Assembly (NCBI GenBank): GCA_944363715.1
Contig: CALVUX010000003.1
Location: 8,155 to 72,154 of the forward strand
Direction of reading: 5' to 3'
Source of the DNA: an uncultured Bacilli bacterium
Lineage (GTDB): Bacteria > Bacillota_I > Bacilli_A > RF39 > UBA660
DNA: 64,000 nucleotides
In this document: one piece after another, positions 29,445-39,030 of the stretch
How positions within the stretch are numbered: the stretch's first letter is position 1
How the letters are laid out: the number at the start of each line of letters is the position of its first letter
The notes under the pieces: model-generated
What the model was told of the DNA's origin: nothing
The model's input: only the letters and a program-made list of their open reading frames with translations
Databases searched by the model: none
Made by a program: the position numbers and the translations under genes

Positions 29445-31163
29445 ATGAAGAAAAAAGAAAATATTATAATAATAGTAGTGTTAGTAGTAATGATACTAGC
29501 GATAGTAGGAGTAAGTTATGCTGCTTTTAGTTATAGTAAAACAGGAAGTAAAGTAAACTCTATAACGACAGGTTCTATTACAATGACATATACTGAAACA
29601 GATAATACAATAAGTTTAAATGGAGCATTACCAACAACAGATAAGACAGGAACAGTTAGATTAAATCCAGGAGAGTACTTTGATTTTAGTGTAAGTAGTG
29701 AAATAGTAGGAGATGTAAATATAAACTATGAAATATCTGCTAAAAAAGAAGAAGGAAATACTATAGGTGGAGAATATATAAAGTTATATCTAACTAGATT
29801 AACAGATGATGGAGAAGAAGCTTTAATGGTACCTGAAACATATAATGAAGAGACAAGTGCTAATGATTATACAGGAAGACCAGTAAATGAGATGAGTCTA
29901 TATACAAGTAGTATGAACTCTAGTGAAAGTAATAACTATAGATTAAGAATGTATGTAGATGAATCATATAACCCTCAAGGAGATGGAGGAGGATTAACAT
30001 TTAGTGTAAGAATAAATGTATATGGAAAAGCAGGAGATAAGTATGTACCATTAACAACACAGAAGATATTAGAAGATAATGAGTTACAAGAAGAAACAAC
30101 TAATATGTTTAATTATGCAAGTAATGGAAGTTATATAGCATCAGTTACTGAAGAGGGGCCTCAATATGGAAGTGAACCTAGTCAAGTGACTAATGGACTA
30201 TATAGTATGAATGATGAAGATGGAGTAAGTTATTATTATAGAGGGGCAGTAACAAATAATAATGTTCAGTTTGGAGAATATGAAAGTGATTATTATGTAT
30301 ATACGATGAGATCTGCTGATGTTAATCATAATGTTTTTGCAGCATTTTATAATCTATCAAGTTGTGAGGAATATAAAAAAGCAGAAGGTCTTGCCACCGA
30401 ATGTATTCAAGAAAAACTAGCATCAGCTGGAGATAAAATGTACTGGAAGATAGTGCGGGTAAATGGAGATGGAAGTTTAAGATTAATTTATAATGGAACA
30501 AGTGCAACTCCTGATAATAGTGATTTAGCACATTCACCTGTGGTAGGAATGAGTCCATATAATTTAGATGCTGATGATCCAAAATATACGGGGTATACAT
30601 ATGATAATGGAACAGATTCGTTCATAAAGAAAGAAGTAGATACATGGTATAAAAATACATTAGGAAATACAGAATATGATAGTAAAGTAATAGGAGGAAG
30701 GTTCTGTAGTGATAGTAGTGGCTATAGAGAAGAAACAATGATGGGAGGAAATGTCTTTGCAAGTTTTGATAGATTAGGCTCAGCTATTGGAAAGTTAGCG
30801 GGATTAGAAATGCAAGAGAATGTTACACCAACGTTAAAGTGTTCATCAACAGAAGAGACATATGGAGGTTCGTATAGATTAAAAGCAGGCTTAATAACAG
30901 CAGATGAGTTAGCATTAGCAGGAGAGTCTTGGATGGTAGTAGGAAATAGTTATTTAAATCCTGGAGAAAGTGATTATTTGTATTGGAGTATGACACCGGC
31001 CGGTTTCAATCTTGGTGATGCTACTGTATGGCATGAGCATGATAGTCTCAGTAGCAAAAATGTAGGTTTCAACTATGCCGTGCGTCCAGTTATTAATGTG
31101 ACCTCTGTTAACGGATTTGCTTCAGGTGATGGGACTTCAGAAAATCCATACACAATTTTTTAA
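29445..31163 (+). CDS. Secreted or membrane-anchored protein of unknown function
   Basis: 572 aa. N-terminal anchor followed by SYAAFSYSKTGS..TTGSITMTYTE, reminiscent of TasA/camelysin-type (SipW-class) signal regions. No enzymatic motif seen. Confidence 0.55.
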   Translation: MKKKENIIIIVVLVVMILAIVGVSYAAFSYSKTGSKVNSITTGSITMTYTETDNTISLNGALPTTDKTGTVRLNPGEYFDFSVSSEIVGDVNINYEISAKKEEGNTIGGEYIKLYLTRLTDDGEEALMVPETYNEETSANDYTGRPVNEMSLYTSSMNSSESNNYRLRMYVDESYNPQGDGGGLTFSVRINVYGKAGDKYVPLTTQKILEDNELQEETTNMFNYASNGSYIASVTEEGPQYGSEPSQVTNGLYSMNDEDGVSYYYRGAVTNNNVQFGEYESDYYVYTMRSADVNHNVFAAFYNLSSCEEYKKAEGLATECIQEKLASAGDKMYWKIVRVNGDGSLRLIYNGTSATPDNSDLAHSPVVGMSPYNLDADDPKYTGYTYDNGTDSFIKKEVDTWYKNTLGNTEYDSKVIGGRFCSDSSGYREETMMGGNVFASFDRLGSAIGKLAGLEMQENVTPTLKCSSTEETYGGSYRLKAGLITADELALAGESWMVVGNSYLNPGESDYLYWSMTPAGFNLGDATVWHEHDSLSSKNVGFNYAVRPVINVTSVNGFASGDGTSENPYTIF

Positions 31164-31251
31164 AATAAAAAGGAGATTTTTCAATATCTTCTTTTTCTGT
31201 GTATTAAAATAGGTACTTTCTTGTCTTTTAGATATTCCCATTCTTTTATTT

Positions 31252-31881
31252 CTATTTCGTCTTATACTTTTCTTTTAACATATCACAAAAATTAATTGAC
31301 CAATATCTTTTATTTTCTCTTGGATATATTTTACTACTATGATCACAGGTACAATAAGCTATTAATAGATTTTTGTTTTCTTCTATTCCTTTTAATGTTA
31401 TATCAGTAGAAGCAGAACATGGCATTATAGAAAAAATATTATCAATATCTTTAATATTAGTACTAACTGTAAATTTATCTTTAATGGTAGTTATGTTTTT
31501 GCTAATTTTAAAAACATTACATTTTTCATAGATAGTTAAGTTATAATCTCTTCTTTTATGATTATCCTTAATAATTTCTGCTAGTCTTGGATAAGGGCCA
31601 CTTCCTACTTCTAAAGAGTTTCCTTTAATGAAATTAAGTTCTTCAAGCATTTTATAAAACTTAAGATATCTATCATTTTCTTCAGTGAAAACATTATATT
31701 TAGAAAGTAATGTTGCAATATTACAATTGGTACTATATCCATCATTTTCTAATAATATATCAAAACTAATTATAGAAAATAGCATTTCATATTCTTTATC
31801 ATCATATAAATATCTATGTTCTTTTAAGAACTTTAAAATATTATCTTTTTCTTTTAAGTATTTTTCTTTATCAATATACAT
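31252..31881 (-). CDS. Hypothetical protein, possible Rossmann-fold methyltransferase-like
   Basis: 209 aa. LEVGSGPYPRLA resembles SAM-binding motif I. Weak call. Confidence 0.4.
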   Translation of the reverse strand: MYIDKEKYLKEKDNILKFLKEHRYLYDDKEYEMLFSIISFDILLENDGYSTNCNIATLLSKYNVFTEENDRYLKFYKMLEELNFIKGNSLEVGSGPYPRLAEIIKDNHKRRDYNLTIYEKCNVFKISKNITTIKDKFTVSTNIKDIDNIFSIMPCSASTDITLKGIEENKNLLIAYCTCDHSSKIYPRENKRYWSINFCDMLKEKYKTK

Positions 31882-32008
31882 TTTAATCCCTCTTTTTGTT
31901 GAGTCATATTATAGTATTGTTTAGATAAAATAGCAAATAAATGTTCTTTTTCGCTTGACGTTTAAGCTATTTTTTTCTATCATATATTATGTAGATAGGA
32001 GATTATTT

Positions 32009-32545
32009 ATGGAGATTAAAAAGATAGTAACAGGGGCATTAGAAGAGAATTGTTATGTATTAAGTAAAGATGGAACATGCTTAATTGTAGATCCTGGTAG
32101 TGATAGTAAAGCTATTAAAGAACTAGTGGGGGACGATAAAATTATAGGAGTCTTAGTTACTCATGCTCATTTTGATCATATAGGGGCCTTAAGAGATTTT
32201 TTAAATTCTAATAGAAGATTAAAAATCTTTAAGAAGAGTAATCTAACTGATATGAAAGAAGTTAGTGTTGGAACTTTTAAATTTGTTCCGATAATGACTC
32301 TAGGTCATAGTAGTGATTCAGTTACCTTTTACTTTAAAGAAGATAATGCTATGTTTGTAGGAGATTTTATCTTTAGAGATACTGTTGGTAGATGTGACTT
32401 ACCTACTGGTAGTAGTGAAGAGATGGATGAATCTATTAAAAAAATTAAAGCTTATGATGATTCTATTAATCTTTATCCAGGTCATGGAGATGAAACTACT
32501 TTAGGTAGAGAAAAACAATATAATTTATATTTTATAGAGAAGTAA
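32009..32545 (+). CDS. MBL-fold metallo-hydrolase
   Basis: THAHFDHIG motif, later GHS and PGHG. Start set at the ATG at 32009 after RBS taggaga. Confidence 0.85.
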   Translation: MEIKKIVTGALEENCYVLSKDGTCLIVDPGSDSKAIKELVGDDKIIGVLVTHAHFDHIGALRDFLNSNRRLKIFKKSNLTDMKEVSVGTFKFVPIMTLGHSSDSVTFYFKEDNAMFVGDFIFRDTVGRCDLPTGSSEEMDESIKKIKAYDDSINLYPGHGDETTLGREKQYNLYFIEK

Positions 32546-32551
32546 GGAGTT

Positions 32552-32872
32552 GTGGTTATGTATATTGATTTAGTGGTATTAGTTGTTTTAATATTAGTAG
32601 TAATAATGTATTTTAGAAGATTTTCAAGCTTTGTTTATTTTATAGGAATTGTAGATATCTTCTTAAGAATATTAACATTTATTAAAAATAATATAGGTCT
32701 TCCTGACCTTGCTGCCGTTATTGATAATTATATTCCTGAAAGTATATTAGCAATTGTATCAAATTACACTGATGGAATCCTTTATACAATTATCGCTTGG
32801 GCCTATATTGTAATAATGGCTATATTCTTATTTTATAATACTAAGTTCTTTATTAAGAAAAAAAAGATATAG
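32552..32872 (+). CDS. Small integral membrane protein
   Basis: 106 aa, three hydrophobic segments. Confidence 0.4.
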   Translation: MVMYIDLVVLVVLILVVIMYFRRFSSFVYFIGIVDIFLRILTFIKNNIGLPDLAAVIDNYIPESILAIVSNYTDGILYTIIAWAYIVIMAIFLFYNTKFFIKKKKI

Positions 32873-32884
32873 GGAGGGATTATT

Positions 32885-33538
32885 TTGAAAAAAAATAATA
32901 CTTGGATAAAAGTTGTAATTATAATTATTATCTTAGAATTAGTAGTAGGAGGTATTATCTTTGCTTATAAAAAATTAAATAGTAATGATAATAGTATTTC
33001 TACTAATGATAAAGAGACTAAAGCTTTATATGAAAAAATTGCCTATAATGATGTAGAATCTTTGGATGTTATGAGTCCTAGAATTATGTTATATTATGGC
33101 TATAAAAATATGGATGTTAGTGAATCTATTAATTGTGATGTCGTTAATACTACTGATGATACTACTGGTTATAGTTGTGAAGGAATAGTTGATTTTATTC
33201 CTAGTAAGGATATTGAAAAGTCTGTTAAAGATATTTATGGACCTGATATAACTATTACACCTACTTCTTTTGAACTTGATGCCAATCATTATGCTTTTTA
33301 TGATGAGGAGATGGATGGTTATGCTATATATACTAAAGATGAAGAAGTTAGTGTAGATCCTGTTAATATGAAATTAAGTGACGCTACTTTAGATGATGAT
33401 GAAAACATTATTTTAACAGTAGAAGTTTTAGATGGTGTATTTGGAACAGTTAAAGATACTTATAAATTTACATTTACGCAAGAGAAAAATAATTATTATT
33501 TAACTAGTAAAGAAATAGTTACAAGTAAGGAGGAATAA
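32885..33538 (+). CDS. Membrane-anchored hypothetical protein
   Basis: 217 aa, N-terminal TM helix, acidic ectodomain. Confidence 0.45.
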   Translation: MKKNNTWIKVVIIIIILELVVGGIIFAYKKLNSNDNSISTNDKETKALYEKIAYNDVESLDVMSPRIMLYYGYKNMDVSESINCDVVNTTDDTTGYSCEGIVDFIPSKDIEKSVKDIYGPDITITPTSFELDANHYAFYDEEMDGYAIYTKDEEVSVDPVNMKLSDATLDDDENIILTVEVLDGVFGTVKDTYKFTFTQEKNNYYLTSKEIVTSKEE

Positions 33539-33540
33539 TT

Positions 33541-33978
33541 ATGTTTGATAAGATTAAAAGTGATATGGTAAAAGCAATGAAAGAACAAGATAAGTTCAAA
33601 CTTTCTGTTATTAGAATGATTAAGGGTTCTATTGATAAAGAACGTATTGATAAAAAAATAGAAATAACTGATGAAGTAGTTATAGATGTTCTTGCTAAAG
33701 AACTTAAAACTCGTGAAGAATCTAGATTGGAGTTTAGTAAGGCAGGTAGAACTGATTTAGTAGAAGGTTTAGATAAAGAAATCGCTATTATTAAAGAATA
33801 TCTACCAGAACCATTAACTGAAGAAGAAGTAGATAAAATAATTAGTGATGCCTTTAAAGAGACAGAAGCATCTTCTATAAAAGATATGGGTAAAGTAATG
33901 AAAGTAGTTACTCCTAAAGTTAAAGGTAGATGTGATATGAAAGAAGTATCTAGTAAAATAAAAGCGAAATTAAGTTAA
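33541..33978 (+). CDS. GatB/YqeY domain protein
   Basis: MKEQDK..LSVIRMIKG...LAKELKTREES...EIAIIKEYLPEPLTEEEV pattern typical of YqeY. Confidence 0.85.
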   Translation: MFDKIKSDMVKAMKEQDKFKLSVIRMIKGSIDKERIDKKIEITDEVVIDVLAKELKTREESRLEFSKAGRTDLVEGLDKEIAIIKEYLPEPLTEEEVDKIISDAFKETEASSIKDMGKVMKVVTPKVKGRCDMKEVSSKIKAKLS

Positions 33979-34015
33979 AAAAACTATCCTTTCTACATAT
34001 TCTATAGAAGAAAGG

Positions 34016-34732
34016 ATGGTTTTTATTATGAAGATTATCGCTCATAAAAGTAATTTGTATAATAATAAAACCTTTATTGAGTCTGTTAATAGCATAGAAG
34101 GACTAACAGGTGTTATGTTAGATATAGTTATGACTAAAGATAAGCAGGTGTTAGTGTTTTCCCCTGTTACTACTAATAAGATAACTATTAATACAATACA
34201 AAATAATAATTTAAGTGAATTAACTTATTATGATATTTTAACATTAGATGACGCTCTTAATATGTTAAATAACTTTAAAGGGAAAATTATTATTAACTTA
34301 TTACCTTTGAATGAAGCATTACTTATAGAAGATTATCAAAAGATAGTATCTAATAATTTAAGTTATACAGAGGAAGTAAAGAAAGTAACAGATAGATTTC
34401 CTAATTTAGATATTTATGTTTGTAGTAGTAGTTATAATCTTTTATATCAAATTATTAGAGTGTTTACTAATAGAAAAAATGGAGTAGTACTAAGTGAAGA
34501 TAGTGGTAGTTATATAGATGTAGATTTTTATATCTTTATACCTAGTATGTTAAATGAAAAGATAATGGCTGAACAGTTAAGTATAGGTAAAGAAGTAATG
34601 GTTAAAATGGAAGATGCTGATGATATATCTATAGTAATAAACTTTTTAGAAAAGAATAGAAAAAATAAAGAAAATTATCAATATATTACAAATCATGCGA
34701 AAATATTTTATTATAGTGTAAATAATATATAG
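34016..34732 (+). CDS. Hypothetical protein, weak glycerophosphodiester phosphodiesterase-like N-terminus
   Basis: KIIAHKSN resembles the GDPD IIAHRG start, but the catalytic residues are not clearly conserved. Confidence 0.35.
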   Translation: MVFIMKIIAHKSNLYNNKTFIESVNSIEGLTGVMLDIVMTKDKQVLVFSPVTTNKITINTIQNNNLSELTYYDILTLDDALNMLNNFKGKIIINLLPLNEALLIEDYQKIVSNNLSYTEEVKKVTDRFPNLDIYVCSSSYNLLYQIIRVFTNRKNGVVLSEDSGSYIDVDFYIFIPSMLNEKIMAEQLSIGKEVMVKMEDADDISIVINFLEKNRKNKENYQYITNHAKIFYYSVNNI

Positions 34733-34740
34733 GAGGTAGT

Positions 34741-35715
34741 ATGACAAAGGAAGAAGTATTTAAGGAACTAAAAAAATTAGATTTACCTAAAGATAAGTAT
34801 ATAGTAATTAGTGATGCAAGTTTAGTATGTCAAGATATTATAGATGAGACAGATGATATAGATCTTGCCTGTTCTAAAGAATTATTTGATTCTATTGATT
34901 GGCCTTCAAGAGTAGAATATAATTCATTAATTAAATATAAAAATATCTTTGATATTAATTATAACTTATATGATGAATCTAAGGTCGTAGAAATTGATGG
35001 TTATAGATTTATGAATTTAGAAGCATGTTATGAACTAAAAAAAGTAATGAATAAACCTAAAGATAAGAAATTAATTAAAGACTTAGAGTTAAAAGTATGT
35101 TTAAAAGATAATTATTATTTTGAAAGAAAATTACGTGATGTAGGAATTAACTTTATCGCTGGTGTTGATGAAGTAGGAAGAGGTCCTTTAGTAGGTCCTG
35201 TTGTCGCTGCTTGTGTTGTTTTACCAGAAAACTTTAATTTAGATGGTTTAACTGATTCCAAAAAGTTAAGTGAAAAAAAACGTGAATACTTTTATGATGA
35301 GATTATGAGACAAGCTTTAGGAGTAGGTGTAGGTATTATAAGTGAGAGAAAAATAGATGAAGTTAATATTTATGAAGCGACAAAGATGGCTATGAAGGAA
35401 GCGATTAACAATTGCTCATGTAAAGTAGAACACGTTTTAATAGATGCCATGAAACTAGATATAGATATTCCTACAACCTCTATTATTAAAGGAGATTTAA
35501 AAAGCATTACTATAAGTGCCGCTAGTGTTATCGCTAAAGTAACAAGAGATAGAATGTTAGATGAACTAGATAGTAAATATCCAATGTATGACTTTAAAAA
35601 TAATAAAGGTTATCCTACTAAGAAGCATTTAGATGCCATTAAAGAATATGGAATAATAGATGAACATAGGAGAAGTTATGGGCCAGTAAGTGAATATTTA
35701 GAGTTGACAAAGTAA
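34741..35715 (+). CDS. rnhB: Ribonuclease HII with ~130-aa N-terminal extension
   Basis: The RNase HII core starts near residue 135 (IAGVDEVGRGPLVGPVVAACVV, ..DSKKLS.., ..SAASVIAK..). The N-terminal domain has no RNase H motifs. Confidence 0.9.
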   Translation: MTKEEVFKELKKLDLPKDKYIVISDASLVCQDIIDETDDIDLACSKELFDSIDWPSRVEYNSLIKYKNIFDINYNLYDESKVVEIDGYRFMNLEACYELKKVMNKPKDKKLIKDLELKVCLKDNYYFERKLRDVGINFIAGVDEVGRGPLVGPVVAACVVLPENFNLDGLTDSKKLSEKKREYFYDEIMRQALGVGVGIISERKIDEVNIYEATKMAMKEAINNCSCKVEHVLIDAMKLDIDIPTTSIIKGDLKSITISAASVIAKVTRDRMLDELDSKYPMYDFKNNKGYPTKKHLDAIKEYGIIDEHRRSYGPVSEYLELTK

Positions 35716-35754
35716 TAATTCTCATGTATAAATTTGTATGAAAGAAGGGATTAG

Positions 35755-37779
35755 ATGTCTAAAAACTTAGTGATAGTGGAAAGTCCTAGTAAAAGTAAAA
35801 CTATTGAAAAATACTTAGGTAATGATTATAAAGTAGTAGCAAGCCAAGGGCATATTAGAGATTTAGCAACTACAGGACATTTAGGTCTTGGTGTTGATGT
35901 AGAAAATGGTTTTAAACCTAATTATGTACCATTAAAGGGAAAGAAAAAGATAATTACAGAGTTAAAAAAAGATGTTAAAGATGCAGAACATGTAATACTT
36001 GCAACCGACCCTGATCGTGAGGGAGAGGCAATTTCTTGGCATTTGAAAGAAGCTTTAAATATTAAAGATAAAGACTATGATAGAGTGTTATTTCATGAAA
36101 TAACTAAAGATAAAGTACTTGATGCGATTAAACATCCTACTAAAATAGATGATAACTTAGTTAAGAGTCAAGAGACTAGAAGAATACTTGATAGAATAAT
36201 TGGCTTTAGGTTATCTAAGTTATTACAGTCTAAAATAAAAGCGAAAAGCGCTGGACGTGTACAAAGTGTTGCCTTAAAACTTATTGTTGATAGAGAGCGT
36301 GAAATAGAGGCTTTTGTGCCAGAAGAGTACTTTACAATAACTGCCATTATAGAAGATACAGAGGCAAATTTATTTAAATATAAAGATGAAGATATTAAAC
36401 TTCATAATGAGTTGGAAGCTAACAAAGTATTAGAGTCTTTAGGAGATGATTATAACTTAAGTAGTATAGAAAAAAAGAAAAGAAAAAAAGCAAGCAGAGC
36501 TCCTTTTATAACATCAACTCTACAACAAGAAGCATCTACTAAGTTAGGCTTTACAGCTAAAAAGACTATGTCTATCGCTCAGAAGTTATATGAAGGTATT
36601 GATTTAGGAGATGAAACAGTTGGTCTTATTACTTATATGAGAACTGACTCTATTAGACTTTCTGATGAGTTTGTAGGTAGTGCTTTTCATTATATTGAAG
36701 AGAACTTTGGTAAAAAGTATATTGGTTATACTAAACACGCTAAGAAAACAGATAATGTTCAAGATGCGCACGAAGGAATTCGTCCTACTAGTATTTTAAG
36801 AGAACCTTTAAAAGTTAAACAATACCTATCTAATGATGAGTTTAAACTATATAGTCTAATCTATAAAAGAGCCTTAGCATCTCTTATGGCAGATGCTATT
36901 ATGGATAGCACAACATTAATATTTAATAATAATGATTATTTGTTTAAAGCAACTGGAAGTATCTTAAACTTTGATGGTTACTTAAAAGTATATAGTGATT
37001 ATGAGAAGAATGAAGATAAGATTATTCCTGAACTTATAGAAGGTAATAATTATAAAGCAAGTGACCTTTTATCTGAACAACACTTTACTAAACCACCTGC
37101 AAGATATACAGAAGCTAAGCTTATTAAAGAAATGGAAGATTTAGGAATAGGACGTCCTTCTACTTATGCTAAAACAATTGACACTATTAAAGAACGTGGT
37201 TATGTGAAAGTAGAAGAGAAAAAGTTTGTACCAACGGAAATAGGAATAGAGACAACTGATAAATTACAAGAGTTCTTTAGTGATATAATAAACGTAGAAT
37301 ATACTAAAAATATGGAAGAAGAACTTGATAAAATTGCTGATGGTAACTTGGTTTGGAATGAAGTATTAAAAGAGTTTTATGATGTTTTTGAACCACGTGT
37401 TAAGAAAGCTTTTAGTGATATGGAGAAGAAAGAAGCGGAAGAGACAGGGGAGATATGTCCAGAGTGCGGTAGTCCTTTAGTTAAAAGAACTGGTCGTTAT
37501 GGAGAATTTGTCGCTTGTTCTAACTATCCAGAATGTAAATACATAAAAAAGTCCGAGAAACAAGTAATTGAAGTATGTAATTGCCTTAAATGTGATGGTA
37601 AAATCCTAGAAAGAAAAACAAGACGAGGTAAAACATTTTATGGATGTAGTAACTTTCCTAAATGTAAAGAAGCTTATTGGGATAAACCTACTGGAGAAAA
37701 ATGTCCAAACTGTGGTGAGATGTTGATAGAAAAAGATAATAAAATAAAATGCAGTAAATGTGATTATGAGAAAGCCTAA
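35755..37779 (+). CDS. topA: DNA topoisomerase I
   Basis: Toprim LVIVESPSKSKTIEKYLG and ATDPDREGEAISWH. Active-site region YMRTDS. C-terminal zinc ribbons (CPECG.., C..CDG.., CPNCG..). Confidence 0.97.
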   Translation: MSKNLVIVESPSKSKTIEKYLGNDYKVVASQGHIRDLATTGHLGLGVDVENGFKPNYVPLKGKKKIITELKKDVKDAEHVILATDPDREGEAISWHLKEALNIKDKDYDRVLFHEITKDKVLDAIKHPTKIDDNLVKSQETRRILDRIIGFRLSKLLQSKIKAKSAGRVQSVALKLIVDREREIEAFVPEEYFTITAIIEDTEANLFKYKDEDIKLHNELEANKVLESLGDDYNLSSIEKKKRKKASRAPFITSTLQQEASTKLGFTAKKTMSIAQKLYEGIDLGDETVGLITYMRTDSIRLSDEFVGSAFHYIEENFGKKYIGYTKHAKKTDNVQDAHEGIRPTSILREPLKVKQYLSNDEFKLYSLIYKRALASLMADAIMDSTTLIFNNNDYLFKATGSILNFDGYLKVYSDYEKNEDKIIPELIEGNNYKASDLLSEQHFTKPPARYTEAKLIKEMEDLGIGRPSTYAKTIDTIKERGYVKVEEKKFVPTEIGIETTDKLQEFFSDIINVEYTKNMEEELDKIADGNLVWNEVLKEFYDVFEPRVKKAFSDMEKKEAEETGEICPECGSPLVKRTGRYGEFVACSNYPECKYIKKSEKQVIEVCNCLKCDGKILERKTRRGKTFYGCSNFPKCKEAYWDKPTGEKCPNCGEMLIEKDNKIKCSKCDYEKA

Positions 37780-37834
37780 AAGGGCTTTTTTTCTAACCTT
37801 TTTTGATATATAATTAATTAAGGTGATAAAAGAT

Positions 37835-38689
37835 ATGGAATCAAGAAGTGAGTATCAAAAAAAGAAAAGAAGAAAGAAAAAATTAAGATTTAGAAAATGG
37901 GTAATAGTAGTTTTTTTGATTTTTTTCCTTTCTATCTTTGCTGTTTCTATTAATCAAGTATATCAATGGTTAAAAGATAATAAAGAAATAGAAAATATAT
38001 CAGATGATGTAGTTAAAGATACTAAAGTAAAAGAAAAAGAAGATACCAAGAATACAGAGAATGTTAATCCTCCAGAAGATTTATCTAATGATTATTGGGA
38101 TTATATCAAAATGAATCTTTTAGAAGTTGATTTTAATGAGTTACTTAGGAAAAACCCTGATACAGTAGGGTGGATTGAGGTAAAAGGAACAAATATAAAT
38201 TACCCTATTGTCCAAACTACTGATAATAGTTATTATTTAAATCATGCTTTTGATGGATCTAAAAATGAAGCAGGTTGGGTTTTTATGGATTATAGAAATG
38301 ATTCTGTTAACTTTAATCAAAATACTATTATATATGCGCATAGTAGATTGACAGGATCTATGTTTGGAAGTTTAAAAAATATTTTAGAAAGCTCCTGGTA
38401 TACAAATAAAAACAATCATATTATAAGACTTTCTACTCCAACTGAAAATACAATGTGGCAAGTATTTAGTGTTTATACTATTCCTAAAGAAAGTTATTAT
38501 ATTACGCCTAATTTTAATAGCAATGAAGCCTATCAAGAGTTTCTAAATACAATGAAAAGCAGAAGTGAAGTAGAGTTTTCTGCAGAAGTTAATACAAATG
38601 ATAAAATATTAACTCTATCGACATGTAAAGATAATTTTGGAAATAGAGTAGTTATGCATGCTAAGTTAATAAAAAAAGAGTTAAGATAA
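37835..38689 (+). CDS. srtB: Class B sortase
   Basis: N-terminal anchor. INYPIVQTTDNSYYLNH, IIYAHS and TLSTCK motifs. ATG at 37835 follows RBS aaggtga. Confidence 0.85.
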   Translation: MESRSEYQKKKRRKKKLRFRKWVIVVFLIFFLSIFAVSINQVYQWLKDNKEIENISDDVVKDTKVKEKEDTKNTENVNPPEDLSNDYWDYIKMNLLEVDFNELLRKNPDTVGWIEVKGTNINYPIVQTTDNSYYLNHAFDGSKNEAGWVFMDYRNDSVNFNQNTIIYAHSRLTGSMFGSLKNILESSWYTNKNNHIIRLSTPTENTMWQVFSVYTIPKESYYITPNFNSNEAYQEFLNTMKSRSEVEFSAEVNTNDKILTLSTCKDNFGNRVVMHAKLIKKELR

Positions 38690-38741
38690 GGTTATAGATT
38701 TTATTTTTTGCATATAATATTAATATACTTGATATAGAAAT

Positions 38742-38770
38742 TTGACATCTTAAGATATTTAGTATATAAT
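38742..38770 (+). promoter_or_regulatory. Consensus sigma-A promoter driving the repeat array
   Basis: TTGACA (38742-38747), 17-nt spacer, TATAAT (38765-38770). Flanked by the 9-bp inverted repeat acttgatat/atatcaagt. Confidence 0.8.
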
Positions 38771-38781
38771 TAATATCAAGT

Positions 38782-38881
38782 AAATGTTCTCGCTTGTGGT
38801 TGGTGCGAGTAATAAATCATACCATTTTGTCAAATGTTCTCGCTTGTGGTTGGTGCGAGTAATAAATCATACCATATAGTA
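38782..38881 (+). ncRNA. Type III antitoxin RNA candidate: two abutting 50-nt direct repeats
   Basis: 38782-38831 and 38832-38881 are 47/50 identical (the first 44 nt are identical). Each unit has an internal CTCGC...GCGAG stem. Units begin with AAAU. Confidence 0.75.
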
Positions 38882-38887
38882 AATTAA

Positions 38888-38924
38888 AATTCCTTATTCT
38901 ATAATGAATAGGGAATTTTTTGTT
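38888..38924 (+). terminator. Rho-independent terminator between the repeats and the toxin gene
   Basis: aattccttattc / gaatagggaatt stem (one G-U pair) followed by tttttg. Confidence 0.7.
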
Positions 38925-39030
38925 TATAAGAAATTTATTAAATTTTAAAAAAATCGAATTTATGTATTGGCGAACATATTTTTAATGTAGTACACTTAAG
39001 TTACAAATATTAAGCAGAGGTGTTCGTCAT
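38925..39030 (+). promoter_or_regulatory. Solitary copy of the tnpB-element 5' leader/promoter module
   Basis: Aligns by eye with 24424-24523 and 24948-25047: tataag.aaattt...aaatcgaa...gtattgNNNaacatat...tagtacacttaagttacaa...gaggtgttcg..atgaa. Contains TTGGCG-18-TACACT (38967-38996). Confidence 0.65.

Noticed and set aside
38782-38881. Possible minimal CRISPR array (two identical-looking repeats)
   Set aside because: The two 50-nt units abut directly with no spacer, there are only two of them, and no cas genes are nearby. The promoter-repeat-terminator-ToxN-like ORF layout fits a type III antitoxin instead.
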